The notes beneath the pieces are model-generated. The model saw only the letters and a program-made list of their open reading frames with translations. It searched no databases and was not told the DNA's origin. Position numbers and translations under genes: made by a program. A stretch of 62,864 nt of DNA, the filler included, from Choristocarpus tenellus KU-1152 (taxonomy: Eukaryota; Protista; Phaeophyceae): assembly GCA_964200185.2 (NCBI GenBank). It is 11 parts of 11 records of this genome, joined end to end, with 100 filler letters (N's around TTAATTAATTAA, not from the genome) between each part and the next. Parts side by side here need not be neighbours in the genome. Positions count along the whole stretch, not along the records: positions 1 to 6,836 come from CAXNAD020007245.1; positions 6,937 to 15,324 come from CAXNAD020004778.1; 9 more parts are not named here. One strand, written 5' to 3'. This document shows, piece after piece, positions 1-12,463 of this stretch (position 1 is its first letter; each line of letters begins with the position of its first letter).

Positions 1-188
1 TAATTTTGGCTATCGTGTTTGTTACGAGATGTCAATATCCTTGTTCCGGTCACACCTTTTCATAACGTATACATTTTACCTACACCGAAACATTTCGGAG
101 TAGGTAAAATGCCCTTGAAACGCGTGGGAAGCCAAGCCCCAAATGGACAAACAGGGCAAAACTTGTACCCTCTAAGATAATTTCATTC
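1..188 (+). mobile_element. MITE family A, right part (cut by window edge)
   Basis: Colinear with 6469-6648. Ends in TIR-like TACCCTCTAAGATAATTTCATTC and abuts the retrotransposon gag region. Confidence 0.85.
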
Positions 189-192
189 TGAG

Positions 193-738
193 TTGGAAGA
201 GGCTCGACGTAAAGTTCGCATGTTTTACGGTGCCAACAAACCAACACTGTTAGAGAGTCCACGGATCGTAGAGCCAATTTTCAGAGCAGTGGAGGAGGAC
301 CTCATGTGTTGGGAAAGGCGGTTGGCGGCAGCGGCTGATATTATAGGGAAAAAATTTAACGCACCACCTCCCCATGACACGCTGATACCACTCCCGCCGA
401 GCCCGCATTTTACATATGTAGAAGCGACACTGACCCAAGCAAAGAACATGCTACCTGCCCTGTATAGCACTGAGTCCCGCTCCCGATCCATGAAGAGGGC
501 GGGGACATGGGGGGAGACAAGGGCTTCAAAGTCTCCCAGGGCTGAAGACCGAAATAGAGCAGGAGTATCAAGAGAGGGGGGAAGGACCTACAACCTGTGT
601 TGTGCGTGGAAGTCAGGAAAGGAATGTGATTTCCTGAAAAGAAATGGTTTCTGCAATTACGACCATTTCAAAGAAGGTGGAGAAGAGAAAGAGAAGGAAG
701 CCCAGATCGAGGCCAGGGCTAAAAAGAAAGACCCATGA
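193..738 (+). CDS. Gag-like ORF, C-terminal part, with CCCH-type zinc finger
   Basis: CAWKSGKECDFLKRNGFCNYDH (C-x7-C-x8-C-x3-H) just upstream of pol. 5' part interrupted by MITE A. Confidence 0.7.
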   Translation: MEEARRKVRMFYGANKPTLLESPRIVEPIFRAVEEDLMCWERRLAAAADIIGKKFNAPPPHDTLIPLPPSPHFTYVEATLTQAKNMLPALYSTESRSRSMKRAGTWGETRASKSPRAEDRNRAGVSREGGRTYNLCCAWKSGKECDFLKRNGFCNYDHFKEGGEEKEKEAQIEARAKKKDP

Positions 739-887
739 AGACGCGGGCCCACCCCTACCCAGGGGGGGGCGGCAGGAGGAGACCAATGTACGTCAAGACT
801 ACCACAACATAGACAAGAGACGTCGGGGATTCCAACACCAGGGTCAATACGCCGGACTCTCAAAGGTAGAGGGGGGGGGGAAGGGGA

Positions 888-3001
888 ATGACGGATGACT
901 TTGAAGATTGGTTGAGGGTATGGCAAGATTGGAAGAGAGAAAAGGATGGGGTAATGTTAGGGAAGGGACTGGAGGAGTTGGCAAGAAAAGGGGAAGTATT
1001 AATAGGAGAGTGTGGGGGGGACTTGGTGTCTCTAGTGGATAGGTTAGAGGAAAGATGGAGTCCCAAACGGTTGAATTGGGAGACGATTGATGACCATTTT
1101 GGGAAAAAGATCGGGTTCCCACAGATAGAGCAACTCCAACAGGTAGTGAACAAGGGAGTGCCAGTGTGCGTAAGGGGAATAGGCAGTGTTGAGGAGAGAC
1201 TAGATTATGGAAACCACACGAGTGCAAGAAGTAGGAAGAAGGCCCTACTAGAAACGGTAGTGAGTGATGTGACCCAGGGTAGAGCTTTGGTGTTCCCAAA
1301 AAGGATATGGGGGAAGATCCCAGGATTGCAGGTGTCCCCAGTTGGTGTAATTTAAGAACCCACGTAGGTAAGGACTATTCACGATTTGTCGTACCAGCAA
1401 GAGAGTTGGGGGCCGAGTGTGAATGACCAGACAGAGTTAGAGGATGCCCCCCCCGTTCATTGTGGAACAGTGATAGGGGACGTAATTAGGAGAATTGTGG
1501 GTTTAAGGAAGAAGTTCCGGGGGGCGAGGATTATGATTAGTAAGATGGATGTGAAAGATGCTTTTCGCCAAGTACCAGTAGAACCCCAAGGGGCAGCAAA
1601 GTTTGGATATTGTGTTGGAGATTTGCTAGTGATTGATTTTAGACTCCAATTTGGGTGGAGGAATAGCCCAGGGTGGTGGCACCTATTAGCGAGTGCACTA
1701 GAATTTTCACACTGTCATACAGATCCCAAGTCGACAGTAGTCCTCGAAGAAGCAGAAAGGATTGCGGTAGGTGTAACGTACTCGAAGCAGGAAGGCAGGA
1801 GGGAGTTTAGGACCATAGACGAGACATGGAAGGTGCAGGACATAGCAGGGGGGGGGTGGAGGACCCTTTTTTTGCCAGAATGTACGTAGATGATAGCATT
1901 TTGGTAGAGCCCCAATTGTTTGAAGATGGGCGGAGACTGAAGCTAGCAACAAATTCCTTAGTCTCCGATCACATACGGTTGCTAGGCCAGAGAGACGTAG
2001 ACGAACCCCCCATTCTGTCAGCAAAAAAATTAACAGGATGGCATACCACACAGGTAGTGGTAGGATGGAGGATAGATACAGAGAAGATGACCATTGCCCT
2101 ACCAGAGGGAAAGCTGAAGGGACTGAAGTCATTGTTAGGGGAGTGGCCAGAATCGAAGTTGGTAGCGAGGGTGCAGGAGGTATGGGTGTTGCTGGGCCGA
2201 CTGTTTCACATGTCGTACGTTATATGCCCAGGGAAGTTTTTTCTTTGGCGGCTGGTACACCTGTCAGGGTTGCACCAGAAACGGGGTTGGGTGGGTAGGA
2301 TAGCAAGGGGGAGGGGACAGGTTGAACAGAGGGAAGGCCCAAGAGAAACAAATAGGGAAATCAGGATAGGAAGGGAATTCAAAGAAGACTTGAATTGGTG
2401 GAGGTGGGTGGTAGAACATGGTCTGGCTGAGGAGGGTGAAAACTTGAGCTCCCCGTTTTTGGGGTTTGTGCCAAGACCTCCAGGTACGACATGGTATTCG
2501 GATGCATGTTTTTCGGCAGTAGGAAGGTACAACGTAGAGACGGGTAAGTGGTGGAGATATGACTTCCCAGAAAACGTGAAGAAGGATATTATGCGTAGTG
2601 TGGTAAAAGGAGAAGGGGGGAGTATATCAATCAATGTCTTAGAGTTACTAGGAATGGTAATGAATGCATGGGCACTGGTTATGAAGGTAAAGGGAAAAGC
2701 AGAGAAGAAGGGAGACCCAGTGTTGCTGAAGGGGGACAATTACTCTGCAGTGCACTGGTTCCGTAAGTGTGAGGGGGCAAAGGATAGGAGAGCAGGAGGC
2801 TTGATGAGAATAATGGGGGTGTTGGAGATAGCAGGGGAATGGTCATTTGGAGCGGAACACGTAGCGGGTAAGCAGAATGACTTAGCAGATGGTATTTCAA
2901 GGTGGAAGAGGGATGAGATTCAACCTAACCTCCAACGTATTTGCCCACCATTGACTGGCAGGAGCAGCCCCTGGGTCGGGAAGGGAAGATTGTGTGTTTG
3001 A
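888..3001 (+). pseudogene. Reverse transcriptase + RNase H (DIRS/Ngaro type), disrupted
   Basis: Motifs SPVGV, RTIHDLS, KMDVKDAFRQVPV, RLQFGWRNSPG, YVDD (1883-1894), WYSDAC, INVLELLG, GDN, HVAGKQNDLADGISR. In-frame stops near 1353 and 1365, frameshift at the G-run near 1850. Confidence 0.92.
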
Positions 3002-3035
3002 GTGCCTTGCAGCAGTGCACGCCAGATGATCGGTT

Positions 3036-4028
3036 GTGCCATCTACTCAGAAGTGTTATGAAGCAGCTTGGGACCAATGGTCTGAGTTCCGCACATATAG
3101 GGGATTGAGTAGGTGGTTAGACCCTGGGAGTAGAGAGATAGAGGTAGTAAAGGCCCTAACGGAGTTCATGTGTTTCTGTTGTGGAAGTAGGGGGAATCAA
3201 GTAAGCACAGTTAAGAGTAAGATAGCAGCAATCCAATACTACCATAAACATTTCCTCAACTTACAGCTTCCCACACAACATTTCATTATCCAACTGTACT
3301 CAAAGGAATAGGGAGGAGTCAAACAAACGTAGGAAGCGAGCCCAGGAAGAGGAGACCCCTAATGTGGAGAATGATTGTAGAGACAAAGCAAATGCACTGA
3401 AATGCTAGGTAGGGAAGGTAAATTGACAAGGCTAGGTTTGGGTTTCTCGTTCCTCTTTCTAGCTAGAGCCTCAGAGTTGTGGGCCTATGACGAAGGGGAA
3501 GGAGTTCATGGGGATTTCGCAGTAAGAAGGAGGGGAGTAAGAAGATTAAGTTGGGAAGAGAGACACCAGGCAGAAAAAGTAGAGGTAACGTTCACAGGGT
3601 CAAAAGGGGACCAGGGCAGAAAAGGAGCAGTGTTGACAAGATATAAGGTAGGGAAGGAAGGTGGAGAAGAAAGTATGGGAGGATGGGAAGTAGTTAGGGC
3701 TATTATGGAATGTTTCCCAGAACTTCCCCCGGATGCCCCTCTGATGACATGTAGGCAGGAAGGGGGATGGAGAGTGATTACGTGGGGCCAAGCAACGTGT
3801 GTTTTGAGGAGGATAGCAAAAGAGCTTAGGCTAAGACCAGAAGAGTATGCCCTGCATTCGGGTAGGATAGGGGGAGCCACGAGATTGGCAAGCTTAGGGG
3901 TATCAGAATTAGTAATACAGCGGGAAGGGAGGTGGAAGTCGAGGGCGTTTATGATGTATGTAAGGGCAAACCAGAAGGATCCAGTGTCAGTGTCAAAGGG
4001 CTTGGCAGAGAGTAGGAAGGATTGGGTA
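3036..4028 (+). pseudogene. Tyrosine recombinase (phage-integrase family) of the retrotransposon
   Basis: N-terminal core-binding region (YEAAWDQWSEF...STVKSKIAAIQYYH). Catalytic motifs FLARASE, SKGDQ, HSGRIGGAT, GRWKS, FMMYVR. Frameshift and stop around 3290-3400. Confidence 0.92.
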
Positions 4029-4198
4029 NNNNNNNNNGGAAGGGAGGTCAAGTTACGGCGGGGTAGATGTCTTCTAGCTCAAAGGCACGGTTTGAAGGTG
4101 ATCATGAAAGGGTGTTCTTGGATGATTGTGGAGTGGTGTTGAGTGGTGTGAGAACTGCTGTGGGGTTGAGGGGAGTGGCAACTTGTGTGGGTTGAAAG

Positions 4199-4308
4199 GA
4201 TGACTGGCAATCAGTGACGAAGGGCATTTGCACCGGTTGGTCATCAAATGTGGGATGGCTGGCAATCATTGACGAAGGGCAGTCACAATGGTTGGCCATC
4301 AAATGGGG
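4199..4308 (+). repeat. Two 55-bp tandem direct repeats in the retrotransposon 3' tail
   Basis: GATGACTGGCAATCAGTGACGAAGGGC...CATCAAATGTGG at 4199 and GATGGCTGGCAATCATTGACGAAGGGC...CATCAAATGGGG at 4254. Confidence 0.85.
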
Positions 4309-4627
4309 AATAGAGAATAGAGGAAGGACAAATTAGGAATGAGCAAATAATAATAATAATCCAGAATTCGTAAGCAAAACAAACTGGGTATTATTTGGTC
4401 ATCTCCTATACGCACGTTTGGTTTTGCTTTTTGGTGAAAAACTGATCAGGAAAAAGAGAACTGGGAAAAATGCGAGCGAAGACAGTTATACAATAGATTT
4501 CATTTCGACTATACCGACGCCTTGAATTGTACATACAAGACTTCCCAATATCACCATCACACCACTCCACTGTAACATCTAACCCTCGAAAGCTAATACC
4601 GATACAAGATTCTTCGAACACTGAATC

Positions 4628-5068
4628 ATGACTTATCAGGATGCGGTCACGGGCATAGACTTCGAGCTGAATGCTGCGGTGTCATGGGTACCAAAGAGAC
4701 TGAAGAAAACGTGCGGTTCAAAGATGACGACTGCTCATTTGAAGTCGTACCAAGCGATTCCCATCGCCTATGCGGCGAGGTCCGTGAAGGAATGCGGAAG
4801 CACAGTTTCACGGAATTCGAGACATGCCTTGGCAACGCAATCATACATGGAAGTGGTGGTCCCTAGATTCTTTGAGTGGTTAGGAGAGGGAGCACCAGAC
4901 TTGACCCCCCCGACTCTTACGAAGGAAGTGTTGGAGCTGACAACGTTGGGAACCGGGAAGAAGACAATTCCGAAGATATTCTTAAGTGCGAACACTTCGA
5001 TATGGTTCAGGTGGACTAAGGCGCAGAAGATTGTCACCAACATGTATATCCCCCTCTGGCTGACGTGA
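4628..5068 (+). CDS. Unknown protein-like ORF or exon
   Basis: 146-aa ORF with coding-like composition that ends at a GTGAGT donor-like site (5064). No family recognised. Confidence 0.25.
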   Translation: MTYQDAVTGIDFELNAAVSWVPKRLKKTCGSKMTTAHLKSYQAIPIAYAARSVKECGSTVSRNSRHALATQSYMEVVVPRFFEWLGEGAPDLTPPTLTKEVLELTTLGTGKKTIPKIFLSANTSIWFRWTKAQKIVTNMYIPLWLT

Positions 5069-6389
5069 GTATGACATATTCCCTTGACTTTGCTTCAAAC
5101 TTCAAGTCTTCCTCAGCAGCCATCCGTAACTGTTACAGGCACCCCTCAGAACTCACCTCCACAGGATATGCAACTCAAATCCAACGACCTTAAAACGACG
5201 CTACGAGGGGGGTCCACAGATGATAACCACGTACGGTGTCAGCTGATGCTTAGCTCAGACAATGTCTCGCTTTTCGCTAAATCAAAAGAGGTACATCAAA
5301 AAGGAACTGAGGGCGTGGTGATCCGCATCAGCCTTCTATTAACATCATTCACCATTTTTCTACAGCCAAAGAGTTAAATGAAGTCTGCAAACTGCTAAGT
5401 AGATACTTCAATCATATATCTTTATTCTGCAACTTCCAGGAATCGATATCTATTCTGTAACAATATGTTTGAATTTCAAATCTTACTCTGCATCTCCTAT
5501 CAAATCATCACTTATTCTCAAAGGCTACCACCGATGTGTTACTAATATCGTATATTGTTCGCACTTGTTAGAATGCGAGAAACAACCCTCACACTATACG
5601 TCTGCCACAAATGTTCGTGTTTGCTAAAACATGGGAAGAAATGCTCGCGCTATTCGTGTGTAACATGCCCCCCAGCATGAACTAGCAATAATGTTTCACG
5701 CTTACCACTGGCGATTGTCACCGGTGAAGGTAGTAGATATCTTCAATCACCTCAGATCATCTTGTGGCAAGGAGAAAGAAAGAAGAAAAAAATACCTGAC
5801 TTCTACTAGGCCCAAAACCCATATCCTTATCAACTTGGAAAAATGTGTCTGTATCTAGCTAGCCTAATCGGAGTATACATTTACTCTTTCTAAAGTACAG
5901 CTACCCTAAGGTGCCAAGTATCATCTGATTATTGCCCGTCTCTTGCCCCCTAAGCACGAAGCATACTCATGGCTGCTAGTACTTAGAACAGGCAATAACA
6001 TCAACATCAGCGACAAAAAAAGGAGAAAGATTAAAAAAATGAAAAAAGATAGAACAAAACAGGGAATTAAGGGGATCAGTTACCTGTTCGGATAAAGAGG
6101 AGAGAGAAAGAAAAAAACGTTAAGCAAAGGATGGATAAAAAATGGAAAAAAAATACAAAAAAAGAAAATCCAAGAATAAAACAAAAGAATAGTATAACAT
6201 AAAAGGGGAAAAGAAGAACAATGGAATAAGGGGGATCAGGTACCTGATGTACGCAGAAAAAAAACACACACACACAAAATGACAATTAAAAAAAAAATCA
6301 AAACATCTTACATAAATTGCTATCTGTTCTGATGTGGGTTACTTCATGGTTCCAACATCTGCTATCCTATGTTCCATGTAGGGACTACC

Positions 6390-6648
6390 GAGCCAAAGTA
6401 TCTTAGAGGGTAGAGTCGCATCCATTGAGGGCTAAAATCCAATGTTGCGATTTATTTGTAATTTTGGCTATCGTGCTTGTTAGGAAGTGCCAAAATCCTT
6501 GTTCTGAACACACCTTTTCATAACATACACATTTTACCTACTCCGAAATATTTTGGAGTAGGAAAAAGTCATAAAAAAAACCCAAGGGAAGCCAAGCCCC
6601 AAATGGACAAACAGGACAAAACTCGTACACTCTAAGATACATTGACTC
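6390..6648 (+). mobile_element. MITE family A, full copy (259 bp)
   Basis: TIRs GAGCCAAAGTATCTTAGAGGGTA ... TACACTCTAAGATACATTGACTC. Perfect 4-bp TSD TACC at 6386-6389 and 6649-6652. Confidence 0.93.
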
Positions 6649-6748
6649 TACCTGTTTCATGCTTACCACAGGCAATAATCATTATCTGGATAATAAATAT
6701 CTATCACCTTAGATCATACTGCAGTGGCATGCATAATTGCCATTTGGT

Positions 6749-6836
6749 AACATAGGGGCTTCAGTTCCCACTCTGCCAGTTGCTTCCAACACAGGGACTC
6801 CAGTTCCAACTCTGCCAGTTGTTTCCAACACAGGGA
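6749..6836. repeat. 39-bp minisatellite running into contig end
   Basis: AACAYAGGGRCTYCAGTTCCMACTCTGCCAGTTGYTTCC, about 2.3 copies. Confidence 0.85.
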
Positions 6837-6936
6837 NNNNNNNNNNNNNNNNNNNNNNNNNNNNNNNNNNNNNNNNNNNNTTAATTAATTAANNNNNNNN
6901 NNNNNNNNNNNNNNNNNNNNNNNNNNNNNNNNNNNN
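6837..6936. other. Artificial contig spacer
   Basis: 44 N + TTAATTAATTAA (stops in six frames) + 44 N. Confidence 0.98.
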
Positions 6937-6959
6937 CCCCCCCACACACAGATTCTTTG

Positions 6960-7480
6960 AGCCCAACTAAACCATGATTGTTCACAAATAGGCAGGAATC
7001 AAATTTTTCTGGGCGCCCTACCAAGGAGTGTAGTGACTATTAACATACTGTCTATTGTCTCGACCTTGGCGTCTACGGACTCTCTGGAGCAAGAGCGGCC
7101 AATGAATATTCTCTAGGTTATTGAGGCATGACTGGGTTTAATGACCATCACGAGTAGCCACCTGACAACCATGGTACTAGCGCGTATCATACTGTGGAGT
7201 GCCATCGTGCTCAATTCCACGCTATTGAGCGTGGTTGGGGGTTCAGCGTGACAATGTGGATGACGGAGTCAGGACGAAGAACAGTTAGCAGAATGAACTG
7301 TCCAAAGTGGTCTTGTTAACAACCGAGCTGAAGTACAGGCTAGTTCTTCCGCTTGCTTGGATGACAATCACCTCCAGAGTTGTTGAACGGGGAGAGGAAA
7401 GCGGGGTGTCCTGAAAAAGAAGACAACAAGTGCTGTTGTCGCCTGAGCTGATGTGATGCTCGAAGGACAATGAAATTGCA
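6960..7480 (-). pseudogene. Decayed L1/Tx1-type LINE AP-endonuclease
   Basis: Across frames and in the expected order: CLLFQDT (~CLQET), QDHFGQFILLTV..IHIVTL (~DxxGRYI..ITLVNIY), PWLSGG (~PWLxGGDFN), TIDSML (~RIDYIL). Confidence 0.4.
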
Positions 7481-8189
7481 CCTGGACCACCCCTACGATC
7501 CACTGGCGGAGAAGGGGGGGAACTTCGTCTACGATCCGCAGGTTCAGAGTCCTCAGAAGATGAGAGAGAGACGTTGAACAAAGACACAGATTTCAAGTGT
7601 TTGGAGGACTCCACGTGTTCAATGGAGCCACCTTCGCCGATCTTTTCCTTGTTTTGTTTCCTCAGCAAAATCAGTGTGGCATTCCCGCTGATGATGGAGT
7701 TTGCGGGTCTTAGAGATAGGCATGGTGGCCGTCATATTATTACACACTTCATCCGAACCACCCAGTCACCAATACGAATCGTCTGATTCTGTGATAGCAC
7801 GATTCACTTCGGACAAGGGCTGTGAAGAGAATCAACAGGTAAGACGGACCAGATAGACCAAGGTGAACTATAACTGAGTGGACAAGGTTAAGGTTGTACA
7901 CGAGGGCAAGAGTGAGGAGTCGGGAGGATCACGATTCGGATGGGGGTTATAGACAGTTTAACCACAGTAACTGATCTATGATGGCTTGTAAGGACTCCAC
8001 CCCACGTTGGGGCTTGCAGCTCTATTATTTGTTCATGGAGTGAGCATAGGTCCTGTCAGGGACCATATACCCCAAAACATAAAATAATGCAAACGCTTCG
8101 GTTATTTTAGGAAACCCTCCATGCTAAGTCTACAGGTTCAGAAAAGGAACTCCTCAGCAATAGGACATCCGCCTTCGGAAATTCTGATC

Positions 8190-9094
8190 ATAAAAGATGT
8201 CACGGGACTCATCATGGAAAGGTGGGGGTGACACTTTGAAGTGCTCCTAAGTGCCAAGTTGGTCAACTTCAACCGTAACAGTGATGAACTCCTCCACAAC
8301 TCATTTTCACAGGACTAGCTAATGTCACAGGCGATGCGTTTTGATGGTACTTTCATAAACACCATTATGACCTTGAAGTCCTAGAGTTTATTTAGTTGTA
8401 CTTCTTGACTATTTTTCTTATAGTCATTTATGATGCCGCATAGAGGTGGTACATCTTGGTTCAGTCTTTTTTTTTTACCCTTACGAAAGCAAATATAGTG
8501 AATAACCGAAGTGAGAGATCCTGGATATTCGACCATATGTTCTTTATGGTGCCCTCTACGGGCCTGATGATCCACATACAGCCTTGTGGATTGGAGCTAC
8601 ATATCCCATCTTTGTAAGGTTGGGGAGTGTTTTGTAGCACTAACGTACCAATATTGGTGGGAGCTGCTGAAGCACGGCAATGGGACCAGATGATGGCTTC
8701 GCAGTGGAAATTCTGAAACTTGACCTCAGTGAGTACAAGATTATCCTCCAGGGTTTCCGCAAGATTGTGTTGGCTCTGTGGGATCAGGGAGTTGTGCTGC
8801 AGGTTCAGGAAGACGCAGAGTTGTCAAGGTGCTCTATAAGAAGGATAAGACAGATTGTGGTAACTATGCGGGCATCTCATTGGTGGCACTTCCTAGACAA
8901 GAGCATCTCACACTGTTGCACGACAACATGGAGGTTAACTAGGATGGGAAAACATATTTAATGAGAAACAGGGTGGTTTCCGGCCTTGAAGCCCCACAGA
9001 AGGCATGATCTACACCCTACGTGCCCTCCAGGAGCTCGGGCGGAAAGACTTGCATGCCCTGTTCATTTTTTTATTGACAAACAGAAAGCAAACG
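8190..9094 (+). pseudogene. Decayed RTE-type LINE reverse transcriptase fragment
   Basis: ERWG.HFEVLL, MGPDDGFAVEILK, YKKDKTDCGNYAGISLV, EKQGGFRP, MIYTLRALQELGRK, FFIDKQKA. Cut by MITE A at 9095. About 8320-8660 looks like unrelated inserted DNA. Confidence 0.8.
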
Positions 9095-9347
9095 GAGTGA
9101 AAGTATCTTAGAGGGTACGAGTTTTTCCCTGTTTGTCCATTTGGGGCTTGGCTTCCGACGGGTTCTTTTATGACATTTTTCCTACTCGAAAATGTTTAGG
9201 AGCAGGTAAAGTGTGTATGTTATGAAAAGGGGAGCATGGATATTGACACTTCCTAATAAACACGATAGTCAAAATTACATCAAAATCGCAGCATTGGATT
9301 TTGGCCCCTAATGGGACGCGACTCTACCCTCTAAGATACTTTGGCTC
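9095..9347 (-). mobile_element. MITE family A, full copy
   Basis: TIRs GAGTGAAAGTATCTTAGAGGGTA ... TACCCTCTAAGATACTTTGGCTC. TSD not retained. Confidence 0.9.
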
Positions 9348-12300
9348 TTCTCAGGTTGTTTCAATGCATGAAATCCATTTGAAGAAGTGAACAAAAAACT
9401 GCTTGATCACTTTTGAACACAAGTACAACAATATTACAGTTCAGTAGTACCTATATATATATATTCTAGGCTTTTAATGTTACACATTTTATACGAAGGT
9501 TTGTGTGGCACGCCAAAACTGAGATCTGGTCTGGTCCTTTTTTCTAAATATGCCCTGCCCAAGTCGGTCCACACTCTAGTCCTTCCAAATTTCCTACAGG
9601 GCCCAACCAAACACACCCCAAAAAAGAATGTACCAACCTGGATTGTGGCCCAGCCCCGTCAAAATTCGTACGACCCTGGCCTAGTCCTGACAAAAAAATA
9701 TCTTCCGAGCCAGCTTCTGGCCCAGTAACACAACTTCGGTCTGGTGTAAAGTCATTTTGCTTCTGCTCTACCCTCGGTGACAACTTTGACTAAGAAGGGT
9801 GTTTCTCCAGCACGCGTATCACATACGCAAAGTCAATGCTCTCTCTCTATATATATAGATTCATTTAATTTTCCGAGGGTAAGGAGGCCCCAGCAACCAA
9901 CACCTCCGCTGCCCTAGTGTGCTGATATCTAGTTTCTCATCGTGTTTCTCTGTTTTTAGTTGGTTTTTTCTGTGCCGCTTTCTTCCCCTTGCCTTTTGTT
10001 TCCTTTGGGTGACGTGTGATGCAATGTTTTTCGACATGAACGGAGCTGGTCTGATTCATCAAGCCTTTGTCAGTGTTGGCACATTGTACACGTGGGTTCT
10101 CTTTGCTCGCTCCTATTACAGATACACTGGGTTCTCTCCTCTCCTCATATTGTTCTTTCGTCTTTCCTCACTGCATCTCTGTTTTTATCCATTATAATAG
10201 CAACAGTTGCAATGCTCTTAAAAGTGTGTATTGCCTTCTTTTGATCACATTTCTGTAACCCCCCAGGCTGATGTGAATATTGAATGAATTTAAAATAATT
10301 GAAATATTAATAGTAGTAATGGTAACGAATGTTGCTTGTTTCATGTCTTGCCCCAAATGGATACAATTTTTGACCACTTGGAAGTTCACAATAGACACCA
10401 CTATGGTGCCAGGGGTAAGATTACGCAAGTTGGCAATTAAGCCCTTCCCAGGAAAATGATGTATTGGTAGTTGACACATTGTCATATCTCTAGAGAAAGA
10501 TATCAGAAGTTGTTGATCTCCCTCACCCCATGTGCAAATAGGTTTGCAAAAAATGCCAGCAGTGTGAAGCAAGGCTTTGAACTTGCCATCAGTGATAAGA
10601 TGCGGATAAAATGCATATTTGTAGGTAGGTAAGGATACCTGCCTGACCTACACTAAAAGCTACAAATCCTGCAAGGAGGCAAGAAACCCTTCTTCTGAAA
10701 ATGCATACACTAGTAATACACAATTAGGATTAGGGTAAAGCAGGTAGGATATACATCATAGAATAAAGTTATGTTGCAGGGCATATACATAGCCAAGAGG
10801 GAAAGTTTAGTTACTGTCATTGAGAAAGTCCAAATCGGTCTGAAGAAGCTGAAGTACTGTACAGGAAATGTATAATATGTGTGTGTGAGGGACAGATGAA
10901 GGGAGACGTTATAGATTTGTAACAAATGCGATGTATAGTTCATAAAAGACTTTTTATTACAAAATAAAAACTCTTTCCTAATATTGCTGGGAGTGCTAGG
11001 TAGCTGGAGACTACTCCTTGCCTCAAAGGAAATTGTGGATATACATCATGCATGAGAAAGGCTTTCACACTATCTGGAAAATTCTACGAAATGGAATTAC
11101 ATTCCCACCACTGCTATAGAGCTACCTCTACATGAAAAACTTCATGTGGACTTGGAAAATATTCTCAGCCAAAAAGAAAAAAATCGTTGCAGCCCTCAAA
11201 GTCTCTTAACTGTCCCTGTCAATGAAATATTTGTAAAAAGGGCTGACTCACTGCAAATCTGCAACGGTTATCACCTTGTCAAAAGCACACTATGAACACT
11301 GTGGACTGGCAGAAAAACATACAGACCCTGAGACAAGTGCTATATTTCTGTAAATCTTTGTTTTGGAACTGTACTCTGCTGGCAATGGTTCAAGAGTGAA
11401 AGGAAATCTGGATGATGTTAAGGTGCCAACCTGAGCATTCAGCAATACACAATGATGTAAGTGAGGGAAGGGTGTTGGAACGGTTTTAAAGACCACAATG
11501 GGGTGACTCTATGCGTGGACATGGATAGTTTTGCTCAAGGAGTCCAGAGGTGTTGTATGACGTATTTACCATCCAGCCAGCCTCTTGACCCCAACCCTTG
11601 GTCCCTGATTTCTGCCTACGTATGACAAGCACTTGTTTCGTCACCTTATGGGCTGCTCATTTGCATGTTCTTGTTGTTGATGAACTAGGTGACTTGCTTC
11701 TCATAAAAACACTTCTGAGTAGGCGTTTACTATAGAACCAAAAATAGTGTTTTTGCTCCAATTGTTGAAAGCAATCATTGATAAGGACATCATCTGCTCA
11801 GAGTTACGATCAACACCTTGGGATGAATTTCTATTTGATGCTCAGATATTGAACAGTTTGAAGGGGAATAGACACTGAAGAAAGAGATGTGGGATCTAAG
11901 CAACATTGGCTAATCCATTTGCTGTACCGGGGTAGTAATGTGTGGGTCGTACCTCACGTTCTTCTACCAAATGCTGATACTCACCATTGCACTACACCAC
12001 TGTATCTTTGCATTGTTGCACTATAGTATGACATAAAACTCGTGCAACAATGAAAAAGTAAAGCAAACATTCTGTGCAATCAATGTCGCAATGAGAAGGC
12101 ACAGGGTTGACAAACACCATAAATCTGTGCCCTTGATCTTACTAGTACAAGAGAACTGAATGCCATACCAAGGCCACCCCAAGTGAGTGTGCATATATAG
12201 ACATGGAGAATAATGATGAGTTATCTTCCTCTGCACATTGGAATTCCAGGAAATATACCTTACGATAACCTCAAGCATGCCGTAACTATCCCACACTGCT

Positions 12301-12463
12301 GCAGAGGGATAATACAGACAGTTCTTGCCTCTCCGTTACCAATCTCACTGTCTCTCTGTGATCTCCTACAGTCCTCTAAACCCAATCCTTACAGACTACA
12401 GCCCACCCCTCCACCTCTTCCCCTTGTAAAAAAATTACTGCTTTGAACTTTGAGAGTGATGTC

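Larger units (their letters stand above)
189..4360 (+). mobile_element. Decayed tyrosine-recombinase retrotransposon (Ngaro/DIRS group)
   Basis: Same-strand order gag (CCCH finger), RT, RNase H, tyrosine recombinase. No DDE integrase, protease or methyltransferase seen. 3' tail has a 55-bp direct repeat and (AAT)n. Boundaries approximate. Confidence 0.9.

Noticed and set aside
3036-4028. Prophage or bacterial integrase
   Set aside because: It follows RT-RNase H in the layout of YR retrotransposons, with no phage genes nearby.
11760-11880. Ubiquitin-protease-like HPKVLIVTLSR on the minus strand
   Set aside because: No Cys or His box found and the segment is surrounded by stops.
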